This document shows, piece after piece, positions 20,842-31,452 of a DNA stretch of 64,000 bases; position 1 is the first letter of the stretch; each line of letters opens with the position of its first letter. The stretch comes from an uncultured Verrucomicrobiae bacterium. Its GTDB lineage: Bacteria > Verrucomicrobiota > Verrucomicrobiia > Chthoniobacterales > Terrimicrobiaceae. The notes under the pieces are model-generated. The model saw only the letters and a program-made list of their open reading frames with translations, had not been told where the DNA came from and searched no databases. The stretch lies in assembly GCA_963706955.1 (NCBI GenBank), contig CAVPOC010000007.1, positions 1 to 64,000 of the forward strand. Direction: 5' to 3'. The translations under genes and the position numbers were made by a program.

Positions 20842-21550
20842 CTAATTACGTCGGCAGACTCTCGGGACTTTAACGCGTTGCGCCGCAGTAGGCGCGTGGG
20901 GGTTCCCAGGTTCTGGCACCGTCAAGCCGTTAGGTGCTCCTTGCTTAGACACCTGCGGAACAACGTGGGCACTAAAGCTAGCGCCGAAGAGGTGGACCAA
21001 ATTCGCGTAGAAGGAAGCGTCTTGCTCGCTTTTGATTGCTCCGGCTTCGTGGAGTTTGACCAACTCGTCGGCAATGCGCCGCGCTTCCACGTCTGTGTCG
21101 ATGCCGGATTCTCCGTTTGGCCTTTCTGCGCCACCACCGTCCCAACTTGGCGTACACGCGTCGTTTTCGCGGTCCATAGCCTCGGAAACACCCAGGACGC
21201 CCGTGGCACTTGAGCGATCACTGGTGTAGGGGCGATTTGCTCGCGCCTTCGCTTCCGAGTGGAGGTCATCGTTGTGAAACTGCGTCGCGAAGAACCCTTG
21301 GTCACCAAACCGGCGGACGGCTCCCCGATCGACACCGTTGGGGACAACAACGTCTTGCTGAGGGAGGTCTGCGGCGACGTAAGAGTCACGTTTTGTTATG
21401 ACACCGCCGGGCATTTCTGAGGGTTCTACTGGGGCGGTGGCTGGTGCGGGGCTGCCATCGGCTTTGAATCGTCGCAATTGGCCGACCAGATCGGTGGCCG
21501 TTTTGTCGGTGGATCTTTCGTCGATTTTTGGGCCAGCCAGTAAATGGTCG
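20842..21550 (-). CDS. Hypothetical protein(s) downstream of the ori-like element
   Basis: Long open frame co-oriented with the replication module; no recognised motif; start uncertain. Confidence 0.35.
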
Positions 21551-21556
21551 GCCATC

Positions 21557-21690
21557 TTTACTACCTTAACTACGTTATTTTCTGACTTACGCGCACGCGG
21601 GATAACTGAGCGTACCCCTATAGGCTGGCTATCCATGTTATACGCACGCGCGCGTAAGTTGGAATTTACCGTAGTTAACGTAGTCGGGTA
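21557..21690. repeat. ~135-bp imperfect palindrome, copy 2 (putative origin of the primase-helicase element)
   Basis: TTAACTACGTTATTTTCTGACTTACGCGC...GCGCGTAAGTTGGAATTTACCGTAGTTAA. Lies immediately downstream of the primase module; inverted homologue of 11302-11435. Confidence 0.85.
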
Positions 21691-22041
21691 TTTTCCCGAT
21701 AGCGATGGGGTTTGGTTGGCAGGGTCCAATCCGGTTCGGCCCGTTGGTCTGCGATTGATCCATCAAGGAGATAGCCGCGTGGTTTTTCGTGTTTAGCCTT
21801 GGCTGCGTCTTTGGCCTTATGGGCGAGTTCCTTATCGGTCCAAGGCGGTTCGCACTTGGTGTTGTAGATCTTGAGCCAGGCGAGGGTTTCGTCCACGGTG
21901 AGCGCCCAACCGTTGTAACAGCAAGCAAGCCACCTTGAACGTTTGCTTATGGCCCTCGGAGTAAGCGATCGCGGGCGGGATGGCGTCGAGATAGGCCTGG
22001 ATGCGCTCTTGGAGGCTCGGTTTTGATTTTCTTTCTTTCAA
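21675..22041 (-). CDS. Stand-alone primase C-terminal (PriCT-like) helical domain protein; frameshift near 21920
   Basis: YLDAIPPAIAYSEGHKQTFKVAC joined to GWALTVDETLAWLKIYNTKCEPPWTDKELAHK. The start overlaps the helicase stop (22038-22041). Confidence 0.65.
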
Positions 22042-24185
22042 AATTCGCCTTGTTCGTAAGTCGTCTGGTCATCGTTGGGGATGTCACCGGACTGGTCGTC
22101 ATCGGTTTGAGTGACTTGCGCGAGGGCCACATGGGGGTAACCGCGGGCCCGTTTGCCGTTGCGCACGATATTGGCACCAACATGGACGCCATGGATTGAC
22201 ATCATGATATCAGGGAGAGCGCGTTCGGCCTGCTTGATGCCGTAGGGGCGCCAATTGCGCTCATCGCAATAGTCCATGTATGCGGTGACAAGCTCCTCGG
22301 TAGAGAGTCCGGGCCCGCCGCGCACGCGGTAGACGCGTTCGGCGACGAAATATCTCACGCTTTCGCTTTCGGCGAGCAGGTGATCCACGCGGGCTTTTGT
22401 GCATCTGTCTCGATGAAATTGCCGCGCGCTTCGAGTTCGGCGAGGTGGGCAATTGCGCCGGCCACGGCTTTGCGGAGGATGCCCGGAGCCTCTTCGGCGA
22501 AGAGGATTTGGGCGTAATTGCCGATTCGCTCTTCCTCAGGAATGACGTTTAGAAATTCGAGCATCATGAGTCGGCGGCGCCATGCTTCCACATCGGTTTC
22601 GCCTTCCAGCCTTACGAGCAGGCGTTCGTTGCACGTAATCATGCAATCGAAGTCGCCGTAGACCGGGACACTTACCATGGAGCCCTTAACCTCGCCGGGG
22701 ACGTAGTCGTGGCCCACCAGTTTCTTGAGGGCTTGAGCGCCATCTTCCTCGAGGAATCTGCCCGGGACGTCCTTGGCGGTGAGGAGCGAAAAGCCGAAGA
22801 GCCGTCCGATTTCAAAACGCTCGTGAAGGAACTTTGTGCGCAGAGCAGTGCAGTTGGTTAATCCCCGAACCATTTCGACGACTTCCGCAATCGTGCTTTT
22901 TGCGGTAGCTGCTTTCCCAATCAAGAGCAGGATTCGCTGGGCTGCATTACCAGTAAGCAGGACAGAGCCGAACCAGCGCCAGAAGAGGCTTATATCGTCG
23001 GGGGGAAGGCCGAACTCCAACAGAGCATCAAACTTTGGGCAGGTAGCGTCCGGATCCCAAACAATCGAGGATTGGGTTGCGCGCGTAATAGGCGGGACTG
23101 AAGGGCATCAGTTCCCATGAGCCGTTGCTGCTGATCTTGAGCATGCCATTGGCGCAGTGAATAATGTTCTTGAGTCGTTTGAAGACCTTGCTGCGAGCGG
23201 AGTGAGATCGAATACCGCTGACCAGCGCATTCAGTAGGCCGTTATTAATTTTGAAGGCGAGACCGGGTTCATTGAAAAGGTGGGTGAGCCGCTCCCACTC
23301 GGAGCGCACAAGTTCCTTGATAAGTTCTGGAACAACCGCTTCCCAGGCGCCGTTTACCGCATTGTAGCGGCAGAAGCGGTTTTCATCATGCTCAAAGAAG
23401 ACCAGGTTTTCGCGACAGATTCTTTGGACGAAGTAGCTCTCATTGATGACAACGGCGCCCTTCTCGGTGACATAAAAGGCCGGTCCACATTTGGCCGTGA
23501 GTTCCGCGTCTATGTCGCGCGGTGGTGGCGGCGCAGCTTCAGGTTTCGGTTCTGGCGGGAGAGGCTCAAGCAAGGTCGCCTCTTCGGCGCGGATGAAGAT
23601 ATTTTCGTCGTGACTAACGAAACAAAGACGGGCTAGGTCCTTACAGTTGTCGACCTTGGCGCCGTAACGCTCCCGAAAATATTTCTGCGCGGCGGTAAAG
23701 CTGCGCTCGTGGCTTGTCACGTCGGGCGCAATGCGTAGAAGAACTTTTAGACCTGAGCCGGTTGGCGAAATGAAGCAGGCTTGGACATGATCGTCACTGG
23801 CGAGAGCGAGTTTGAGCGACGCCCCGTCTTCAAGGTGGTCAATATCGAGACAGAGCAAGCCCGAATGGGTAGTGATATGTTCGTTCGCGCGTTGAGAGAA
23901 CTCACCGCTAAAAAGCACGCCCGGGAGCTTCTTCTTGATGTCGTGGACGGCCTCCTTTGCGGTCTTATATGGGTCTGGGTTGCCTTGCTGTTTGGCAGCT
24001 TGAAAGGCGCTTAAATACCGCGTCTTGACGTGGGCGACTGGTTTTTGCCAACGCCCGTTGCATATGCCCGCGAGGATGACGGCAACCGTAACGTGCTCGG
24101 TGTTCGTGTCGGTCCCATTTTGCACCATTGAGACTCGGGTGGCATCCCACGGACGAGCCGGCGCACCGTTTTGTGTAGGGCCCAT
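22038..24185 (-). CDS. BT4734/VirE-N-like primase-polymerase fused to D5-N and P4/D5-type SF3 helicase; frameshifts near 23040-23070 and 22380
   Basis: KKKLPGVLFSGEF...HSGLLCLDIDHL...FISPTGSGLK...CKDLARLCFVSHD (BT4734-like AEP); IHCANGML...FSPAYYARN (D5-N); AAQRILLLIGKAATAKST, LKKLVGHD, ITCNE, AWRRRL (SF3 helicase); C-terminal STEELVTAYMDYC winged helix. Confidence 0.85.
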
Positions 24186-24186
24186 C

Positions 24187-24383
24187 TTAGCGAACCTCCG
24201 CTTCGGCTTCGATGCGCTCGATGTCCGAAAGACGGTATCGCAGCAGTCTTTGGTTGAAGCGGATGGACCTCAAAACTCCTTGTCGCTCGCGGCGTTAAGG
24301 GTTCCGGTGCTGATTCCCCATCGAGTGGCGAGCTGCCGCCGGGAAATCAATACCTCTCTCGCTTGATTTGTTTGGGTCGTCAT
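24187..24383 (-). CDS. AlpA/excisionase-like small HTH protein (1-nt frameshift near 24295; missed by the ORF track)
   Basis: MTTQTNQAREVLISRRQLATRWGISTGTL + RRERQGVLRSIRFNQRLLRYRLSDIERIEAEAEVR*. The stop lies just before the primase ATG (24185). Confidence 0.75.
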
Positions 24384-24443
24384 AATGACCCAAACAAGCC
24401 GGAAACTTTCTGATTGTCTTCCCCCTGAAACCGCTAAGGAGTT

Positions 24444-25520
24444 TCAGGGGGTACGGCGAATCTTGTCCCGGAACGGGTAGGAAAGAGGAATCTCGTCGCG
24501 CGGAACAAGGCCTCCGAAAAGCTTCCTCAGGTCCGTGGTGACACGGGCGATATCGGCTCGCACTTTCTTCTCGGAAGCATTTGCTGAAATTGGTTCCTTA
24601 AGCTGCTTGTCCCTCGGCGCGAATCGAATGCCTTGTTCCCTATTCCGTTCCTCAGCTGCAAGAGCCTCGTCTTGAATCCGCTGACCACCCACGAATCCGC
24701 TACCAGCTTTCCAAAGGCGCATTTCTGCCAGTCGCTTTAGCCATGCCTTCGTTACTGTGAGGCGCTGACCACGTGGCGGCGGCATATGTTTACAATATTT
24801 CTTTCGATATTCTGTCGCCCATTTTCGAAACTCTCTGACGATCTGCTCCGTAGTTCCATCGCCCCATCCGATGCGCAAGATGAGCTTTTCGCCTGAACTA
24901 TCGACTTCTCTTCCGCTGGTTGGCCAAGCTCCGGCACGCCACGGATAATGCACAACAAGCTTGGGAGTGACCACTGCGGCTATAGCCGCCTTTCGCAATG
25001 ATTCATGCGTCGCAGTCCAAGGCTTGTCTGGAAAATCTGGTAGTCCTAAGACGATCCGTCCACTCTTTAACTTGGCAAATACCAGCAGCGCCAAACGCCA
25101 GTCGTTCAGCGGATTTTTAGGGCGATCCTTGCCGGACATCGCGGCTCCTAACTGTAGATACTCAATCCAACCCCACATGAAATTGTCCAAGAAGCCCGCC
25201 TTGCGTTCCTCCAACACCTTATTCCATTCCGGCGGTATTTCATTCGGTTTCGCACCGGGGCTGAGGCTCTCGCTGAACTGCGACTGAATTTCGGCTTCCG
25301 CTTCGCGGTCGTGCTCTTTTTAGAGAGCGAAATATTTTCCCGCAAGCCCTCTGATTGTCGACGATTCGCGAGCATACTCGTAGAAGATGCACGCTTCAAG
25401 TTCCGACGTTGAAACGCTGGAAAAGTCCCACTCTGATTGCGGTAAGGTCAACCGTCTCCTCCAGAGCCGTGATTTCTCCGGTTCTTTTCAATTGCGATTT
25501 CGGGTCTCTCTTGAGCCATG
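24444..25520 (-). CDS. Hypothetical protein of the integrated element, frameshifted
   Basis: 257-aa ORF 24444-25217 plus an upstream coding-like segment SEWDFSSVSTSELEACIFYEYARES. It sits just upstream of alpA. Confidence 0.55.
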
Positions 25521-25884
25521 TGCGCGGTACGCGGCAAAGGCCATTTTGCGACAGCGGGGCGCGCTCTTCCGCCTCAACTCACCGCCGCCCTGTCCTGCCC
25601 TTTTTCTACTGCCTCGCCAACGATCACCGTTCTTACCATGAAAAGAGCCTGCGACCGGTAAAGCGTCGCTTTTTGGGTATTGGGGAGCAATGGAGTAGAG
25701 AATACGTGTAACGCGTTCAGTCTTTTGGACAGCTCAGAGTCTTCGAGTGTAAAAGTGGCCCGTGGCCAGCCAGATGGAGGACGTGCGCTTCCCACGCGAC
25801 CCAGAGCCGTTAAGCGCGACCGGCGCGGGTTTGCAGAAGCAATCGCCGAGCTCACCGCCTGGAGAAAACGATTAAAAAGTGATT

Positions 25885-25902
25885 GAGCGGTATCAACCGC
25901 TC
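25885..25902 (-). terminator. Hairpin downstream of tRNA-Gln (putative terminator)
   Basis: GAGCGGT-atca-ACCGCTC, followed on the minus strand by AATCACTTTTT. Confidence 0.45.
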
Positions 25903-25937
25903 CGGATCGCAATTTCGTAAGTTGTTATCGATTCAAC

Positions 25938-26011
25938 TGGCTGCCTCGCATGGATTCGAACCATGACAAAGTGATCCAGAGTCACTTGTGCTACCGTTAC
26001 ACCACGAGGCA
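25938..26011 (-). tRNA. tRNA-Gln (anticodon CTG)
   Basis: TGCCTCGTGGTGTAACGGTAGCAC-AAGTGA-CTCTGGA-TCACTT-TGTCATGGTTCGAATCCATGCGAGGCAGCCA: cloverleaf, TTCGAAT T-loop, encoded CCA. Confidence 0.97.
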
Positions 26012-26132
26012 ATAGTCCTGAACTGCTGCGAGGGGTTATCGTGTTTGCGGCGGTCGGAACCTACAAGAAATTTTTCGAAACGCGAATGGCCTGAGCGCAG
26101 CGAATAGCCTATCCCACCCGAGCGAGCGAGGA

Positions 26133-27065
26133 TCAGTTTTCCGAGAGTTTCGCCCGGTAAGGTTCCAAGGCTTTCAGCAAATTCTCGTCGTCCTCCGCAT
26201 CTGGAAGGGTGACGCCTGAAAAGACCACCCATGATTCGGTGTGAACGAGCGTTTCACCGCGGGAGATCCGCTTCAAAGGACCGAGCGTCTCGAGTTCGAG
26301 GAATTCCGAATTGGTGAAGGTCTCGAAGTTTGAACCCATGTCGGGATAGGTGGCGTCCTCGATCAGCGGCACGCTCTTGATAAAGAGATGGTCGCCGAGA
26401 ACGTAGGCGGCCCAGCCTTCCGGATGCCGCAAGCCGATCTTAAACGGCTCGCCTTGCGATTGAGTCAAACGAAACGTCCTCCGTCCAACGCGAAAGCGCC
26501 GGTCAGACAGATCCGTAAATGGCCAGACAACCATCACACGGTTCGGGAGATAGTCGGCCGGATGCGAACCGAGCTGCGGGTGAGACAAGACCGCATAGCC
26601 GCCTGGCGCCATGACCGAAAGTCCCCACGGTGAGACCTCCAGCGCGTCACCGCCTTCATGGACGATTCGATGCTCGATGGTGACTTTCGGGCTTGCCTCC
26701 GCCAACCTGATGATCATTTCCCGGCGAATCTTCGCTGGTTTCTCGATGAGGTTGGAGACGCGGACGGTAAAGTCATCTTCGATCGTGTGCTGAACCTCCG
26801 AGTTATCGAGCGCGTAGCAGAGACTATCGTCCTTTCCAAAATCTTCGGGGGCAGTCCAGAGCCGGTGCCCTCCGCGAATCTTCCAGTCATTCTCATTGGT
26901 TTGGCCGGCCTGGTCGTTCACCAACTTGAAAACGCTTCGTCCCTCGGCGGGCCGATAGGAGATGATGCGAGGGCCCACTCCGACGGTGACGATGAGTTCG
27001 GCGAAATTGTTCGAGAGCTTCAAGTTCTTTTCCCAACCAGCAAAGGACGAATATTCAGCGGACAT
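26133..27065 (-). CDS. Conserved hypothetical protein (DUF4380/aldose-epimerase-like beta fold)
   Basis: VGPRIISY, GGHRLWTAPE, FLELETLGPL, HTESW motifs; start MSAEYSSF. Confidence 0.7.
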   Translation of the reverse strand: MSAEYSSFAGWEKNLKLSNNFAELIVTVGVGPRIISYRPAEGRSVFKLVNDQAGQTNENDWKIRGGHRLWTAPEDFGKDDSLCYALDNSEVQHTIEDDFTVRVSNLIEKPAKIRREMIIRLAEASPKVTIEHRIVHEGGDALEVSPWGLSVMAPGGYAVLSHPQLGSHPADYLPNRVMVVWPFTDLSDRRFRVGRRTFRLTQSQGEPFKIGLRHPEGWAAYVLGDHLFIKSVPLIEDATYPDMGSNFETFTNSEFLELETLGPLKRISRGETLVHTESWVVFSGVTLPDAEDDENLLKALEPYRAKLSEN

Positions 27066-27324
27066 ACGAAGGTGATTTTGGGTCTGATAACATACTTTGC
27101 CAATCAGGAACAGATTACTTGCTGACGCCTCCTCGAGAAAATTTCGCCCGCCGTGGTGCCACTCCAATCGCCTTTCGCCTTCCTACTGGGTCACTCAAAA
27201 GCAGACTCGAAGACGAACTCGAGGAAGGTAGCTTTGCGCTGGGACAAGTCGAAGCCATGGCCGCACTGTGAGCAGCCCGAACGGCGCTGCGGACAGCGTC
27301 ATTACAGATTGGCGGATCGCGCGG

Positions 27325-27620
27325 CTAGGACGCCTCTGACAATGCGCACTCTTTCATGAGCTCGAGCGCCACGCCTGTATTGATGCCGAAGCGGGCGACT
27401 CCAACTGAAATCATGGCCTTGACGGTCTGAAGATTTCGGATCCCTCCTGACGCTTTGATGCGACACTTACCTTGCACGATGGGGTCAATAATCCGGATGT
27501 GTGCGAGCGTCGTTGTCTCCCCGGTCCAGCGGTCCCGGTCTTGACGAACGCGGCTCCTGCTTCGACCACGGATTTCGCTCGCACGTTGAATCTCATCATC
27601 GGCACAAGCTCGCAAGATTC
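27325..27620 (-). pseudogene. deoC: Deoxyribose-phosphate aldolase C-terminal half, frameshifted
   Basis: VEAGAAFVKTGT and IKASGGIRNL...GVARFG lie in two frames; the N-terminal half is absent. Confidence 0.65.
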
Positions 27621-27622
27621 CG

Positions 27623-28562
27623 CTAAACCGGTCTTGATTCCAAGGCGTCGAGAAGATTCTGGACCGCGCTATACATTGCCCGGTCGATGCTTTCAGGTGT
27701 GTATCCACCAATGTGCGGCGACGACACCGTTTTGGGATGCCGGGCGAGTCGCCAGTCGTTAGGAGGCTCGTTGTCGAAGACGTCCAGCCCGACACCCTTG
27801 ACTATGTCCGGAATCGAGGGCCTGCAGCATCGCAGCGTCATCGATCAATCCCACCTCGCGCCGTGTTGATGACGATGACTCCCTTCCTCAGTTTTCCAAT
27901 CGTCTCTCGATCCAAAATCGGACGCCCGTCCGGGCCCGGGAGGACAATGTAAACTGATGACATCGCTTGTTGCCGACAACTCATCGAAGCGGGACGTATC
28001 GAAAACCATCTGGAGCATCTTTCCAGCTGGGGAACGGATCGAAAGCCACGAGTCTTCATCCCGAATGCCAAGGCAAAGCCGGTGACTAAACGGCCGATCT
28101 GACCACAACCGACGAGACCCAGTGTCCGCCCCTGCAATTCGACGCCCTCGTGGCGTTCCCACCGTTGTGCTTTGATCGAACGGTCACTCTGTGTAAGGGA
28201 GCGCGAAATGCAAAGAAGCAATGCCATGGCCAGCTCGGCAACACCGCGCGCGTTAGCTCCCTGAGCTCGGAGAACTTTGATTCCCAGCCGCTCGGCCGCA
28301 ACCAAGTCGATCGCGTCGGCGCCCGTGCCATTGCGACTGATGGCTTTCAGCTCTTTGGCATTCTCCAGCACCGCAGCGGAAACCACTCCACTCCAGCCAA
28401 ATAGCCAACACAGCCTGGCAGACGCTGGAGTAAGTCCTCCTCGGTCGGAAGAACGCCCGGACGAGAGAGAACAACTTCAAATCCTCCTTCCGCCAGCGCT
28501 GCGAGCGAAGGATGGCCACTCTTGGTTGCCGAACGAGGTGTTACGAGAATGCGCTGCTTCAT
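27623..28562 (-). CDS. D-isomer-specific 2-hydroxyacid (phosphoglycerate-like) dehydrogenase; several frameshifts
   Basis: ILVTPRS, ISRNGTG, GLVGCGQIG, DVISLHCP, INTARG, LDVFDNEPP, SPHIGG spread across frames. Confidence 0.8.
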
Positions 28563-28664
28563 TGCTTTGCTCGTGGTCGGCTATCCTGTGAGTGCTGATC
28601 GTCCGCTGGAAACGAACTCCCGCCACATCGTGCCAAAAACAGGTTTCCCATCAGAAATAAAACG

Positions 28665-29612
28665 TCAGCGAACTTCGGCGGCGATTTCGGCTATCCGCTC
28701 GAACTGCGAGCCTCGCGTGGGGATTTCAACGTTGAAAACCTCCGCGATAGCTCTCGTCCAACCATGGATGAAATAAGGCCAGCCGTCTTCGACGTGGAGC
28801 TGCTGTGTTTGTTCTTGCGCACGAGCTTGCTCGAGAAAGACCAAGTCGCCGCGATAGTTGAATTCCCAAGCGTAGCCGCTCTGAGGAAACTGTGCGCCTC
28901 CGGTAAGCGGCGAGCCCGGCGCGTCCTTACCCAAGCCTGTAGCGTTTACCACCAATGAGGCCGCGGGAAGCTGATTCACGAGCGCATCGTTATCGGTCGG
29001 CTGCGCTGCCGGTTGATACTCTACTATCGTGGATGTAGCCAGTTGTTTGTGAATCTGCTCGATCTCGTGAAGACGCTCATTGTTACGATCGGTGACAAGA
29101 ATACGCCCGGGGCGATTCGGCCCGTGTTTCGGATCGAGCATGTAGGTAGTCAGCGCAATACTTGATCCCCCGGCACCGAGGACCAGTGCTTCGGCGTGCG
29201 AATTCTGCCAGTGATTTTCGGGGAGGAATGCTTCCAAGGAGAGCCCTGAGCTAATCGGGTCTTTGGCGTGACCGCGCAACTTTCCGTCACGTTTTGAAAT
29301 GCAGCTGATCTCGCCCGTGAGCTGCGCATAATAGTCCAATTCCTCAAGCATATCGCGACACGCCTTGAGAAGATCAATCTTATGAGTAGTGACCAGCGCG
29401 CCTACCGAGTTGGCATCGTTCTTAATGAAATTGATCACTTCGCGATAATTCTCTACTTCGTCGTGGAGTTTGAGGTCGACGCCCTTAATGATGACATCGC
29501 CCAAGCCAAGGTGTTTTGCCCAAGCGGGAAACACGCGCATGATTGAAGACTTTGCCGTCGTTACCCCGATAAAATAGAAGGTAGGCTTAGTGGCAGCTGT
29601 GTAGGTGCTCAT
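28665..29612 (-). CDS. Shikimate dehydrogenase-like oxidoreductase
   Basis: GALVTTHK, LVLGAGGS, LVVNATGLG, WEFNY, VEDGW motifs. Confidence 0.8.
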   Translation of the reverse strand: MSTYTAATKPTFYFIGVTTAKSSIMRVFPAWAKHLGLGDVIIKGVDLKLHDEVENYREVINFIKNDANSVGALVTTHKIDLLKACRDMLEELDYYAQLTGEISCISKRDGKLRGHAKDPISSGLSLEAFLPENHWQNSHAEALVLGAGGSSIALTTYMLDPKHGPNRPGRILVTDRNNERLHEIEQIHKQLATSTIVEYQPAAQPTDNDALVNQLPAASLVVNATGLGKDAPGSPLTGGAQFPQSGYAWEFNYRGDLVFLEQARAQEQTQQLHVEDGWPYFIHGWTRAIAEVFNVEIPTRGSQFERIAEIAAEVR

Positions 29613-29787
29613 CGATGGACTCTACGCGACAGTGGCGTTGGACATAGGAAACGAAGGTCGAAAGAAGATGGCTCATAACCTGGGAAGCGGAGATGCGCAC
29701 GGCCAAAAGTTCGCAATCAATGCCCGATCACTATCTGAAGATTTTGCAAGTTGGTGCAATTTGGCAGTTCAATAGACTTTCTCCAAT

Positions 29788-30453
29788 ATGTCGCCTCTCT
29801 TTGATCCTGAACTCGGCCGTCGAATTTCCGACTGTGGCATCATCGCTGTTTTGATTCTCGATCGCGTAGAAGACGCGGTGCAGGTTGCCCGTTCGCTGGC
29901 GGCCGGTGGCGTCAACGCCATCGAGCTTACTTTCCGGACTCCAGCGGCTCTGGCAGCGTTAAAGGAAATTCGGGCCGAGATTCCCGAGATGATCGCGGGT
30001 GCGGGAACGATCCTCACTGCCGATCAAGTGCACCTGGCCAAGGAAGCGGGCGCCCACTTCGGAGTGGCGCCCGGAATGAACCCGCGGGTGCTTGCGGCTG
30101 CGCGCGAAGCGGGCCTCTCCTTTGCACCCGGCATCGCCACGCCCAGCGATATCGAAGCCGCCCTGGAGTTTGACTGTCGGTTGCTTAAGTTTTTCCCCGC
30201 CGAGCCCTCTGGCGGACTTCCGTACCTCAACTCTATCGCGGCGCCCTACCTTCACTTCGGAATCAAGTTTGTCCCTCTAGGTGGCCTTAGCACGGCCAAT
30301 ATGGCCTCCTATCTTCAGGATTCAAAAATTGCTGCCCTCGGCGGTTCATGGTTGGCACCGCGGGACTTGATCAAAGTCGGTTCATGGAAGGAAATTACCG
30401 ACCTGGCTCAGTCGGCCACGGCGACGATCAAATCGGTTCGGGGTGCGCTTTGA
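29788..30453 (+). CDS. eda: KDPG/KHG aldolase
   Basis: IELTFRTP, GAGTIL, APGIATPSDI, LKFFPAE, PLGG. Confidence 0.92.
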   Translation: MSPLFDPELGRRISDCGIIAVLILDRVEDAVQVARSLAAGGVNAIELTFRTPAALAALKEIRAEIPEMIAGAGTILTADQVHLAKEAGAHFGVAPGMNPRVLAAAREAGLSFAPGIATPSDIEAALEFDCRLLKFFPAEPSGGLPYLNSIAAPYLHFGIKFVPLGGLSTANMASYLQDSKIAALGGSWLAPRDLIKVGSWKEITDLAQSATATIKSVRGAL

Positions 30454-31295
30454 CCGTTGTGCGCTCGCTTTCGATCACCTCTCAACCGGGGGGCGCTCGC
30501 GCTCTTCTGAACGCCCCTCACCTTGAGGGCATTGGCTTGGCGTGGCTTGGCCAGGCAGGGTTTGCCCTTCGTTACGAGAATCTCTACATCCTCCTCGATC
30601 CGTATCTCTCAGACTACCTCGAGAAGAAATATCGCGGCACCGGCAAACCTCATGAGCGCCTGATGGCCGCTCCCATCCAGGTGCAGGAAGTTGAGCTTCT
30701 GGATTTCGTTATCTGCACTCACCAGCATAGTGATCACATGGATCCTGAGGCGCTGCCAATCTTGGCGTCGAAATGTCCTGCGTCTCGGTTTATTGTTCCA
30801 ACGGCAAGCCAGGAGCATCTGTCAAACCTGGGAGTTCCCGATAAACAAATTTTAGGGATAAATGCAGCCGAAAAGATGTTGCTCTCTTCGGTGTGCTCGG
30901 TGGAAGCAATTCCTTCAGCCCATGAAGCCTTAGAGAAAAATGACCGCGGAGAGTACCGTTACTTGGGCTACATTATCCGCCTTGGTTCGATTGTGCTTTA
31001 CCATTCGGGAGATACGATCCCTTATCTGGGGCTTGCCGAGCGGGTGAGCAGACATCAAGTCGCTCTGGCTCTGCTACCGATCAATGGACGGGGCAAAGGC
31101 GTGCCTGGCAATTTCACTTTCGATGAGGCCGTCCAACTTTGCCAGGTAGCCGACATCCCTTATCTTATCCCACATCATTTCGGGATGTTCGCTTTTAATA
31201 CCGTCGATCGCAAATTCATCGAAGCGTCTGTTAAGCAAGTCACCTTTCCTGTGTGCTTCTTACCGAGGACGAACAACTTCTGGGTGATTCGGTAG
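30450..31295 (+). CDS. Metallo-beta-lactamase fold hydrolase (UlaG-like)
   Basis: WLGQAGF, LDPYLS, THQHSDHMD, YHSGDT, LPING, IPHHFGMF. The TTG start overlaps the eda stop. Confidence 0.85.
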   Translation: MTVVRSLSITSQPGGARALLNAPHLEGIGLAWLGQAGFALRYENLYILLDPYLSDYLEKKYRGTGKPHERLMAAPIQVQEVELLDFVICTHQHSDHMDPEALPILASKCPASRFIVPTASQEHLSNLGVPDKQILGINAAEKMLLSSVCSVEAIPSAHEALEKNDRGEYRYLGYIIRLGSIVLYHSGDTIPYLGLAERVSRHQVALALLPINGRGKGVPGNFTFDEAVQLCQVADIPYLIPHHFGMFAFNTVDRKFIEASVKQVTFPVCFLPRTNNFWVIR

Positions 31296-31452
31296 CAGTT
31301 CGTCTCTCGCGGATCGCCGCAGGAACCGCGACAGGCGGAGTCGCTTAGGTCGATCGACGAGTGACGATCATTTTTTGCCACCGCACCGTGTGTTTCGGAT
31401 CGCTAACCTCACAGACCTTTTATTAGCAGGGCAAGGTTGAGTGTCTGAGCAG

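Larger units (their letters stand above)
20842..25937 (-). mobile_element. tRNA-adjacent phage-satellite/PICI-like element (remnant; no integrase visible)
   Basis: Order from the tRNA 3' end: hypothetical, alpA-like, primase-helicase, PriCT-like, ori-like palindrome. Left boundary undefined. Confidence 0.65.

Noticed and set aside
25641..25674. Small hairpin GCGAC...GTCGC upstream of the element's first gene (possible leader RNA)
   Set aside because: Only a 5-bp core stem; cannot be told from chance without homologues.
25574..25912. ORF at the position where an integrase would be expected
   Set aside because: 112 aa with no tyrosine-recombinase (R...HxxR...Y) or serine-recombinase motifs.
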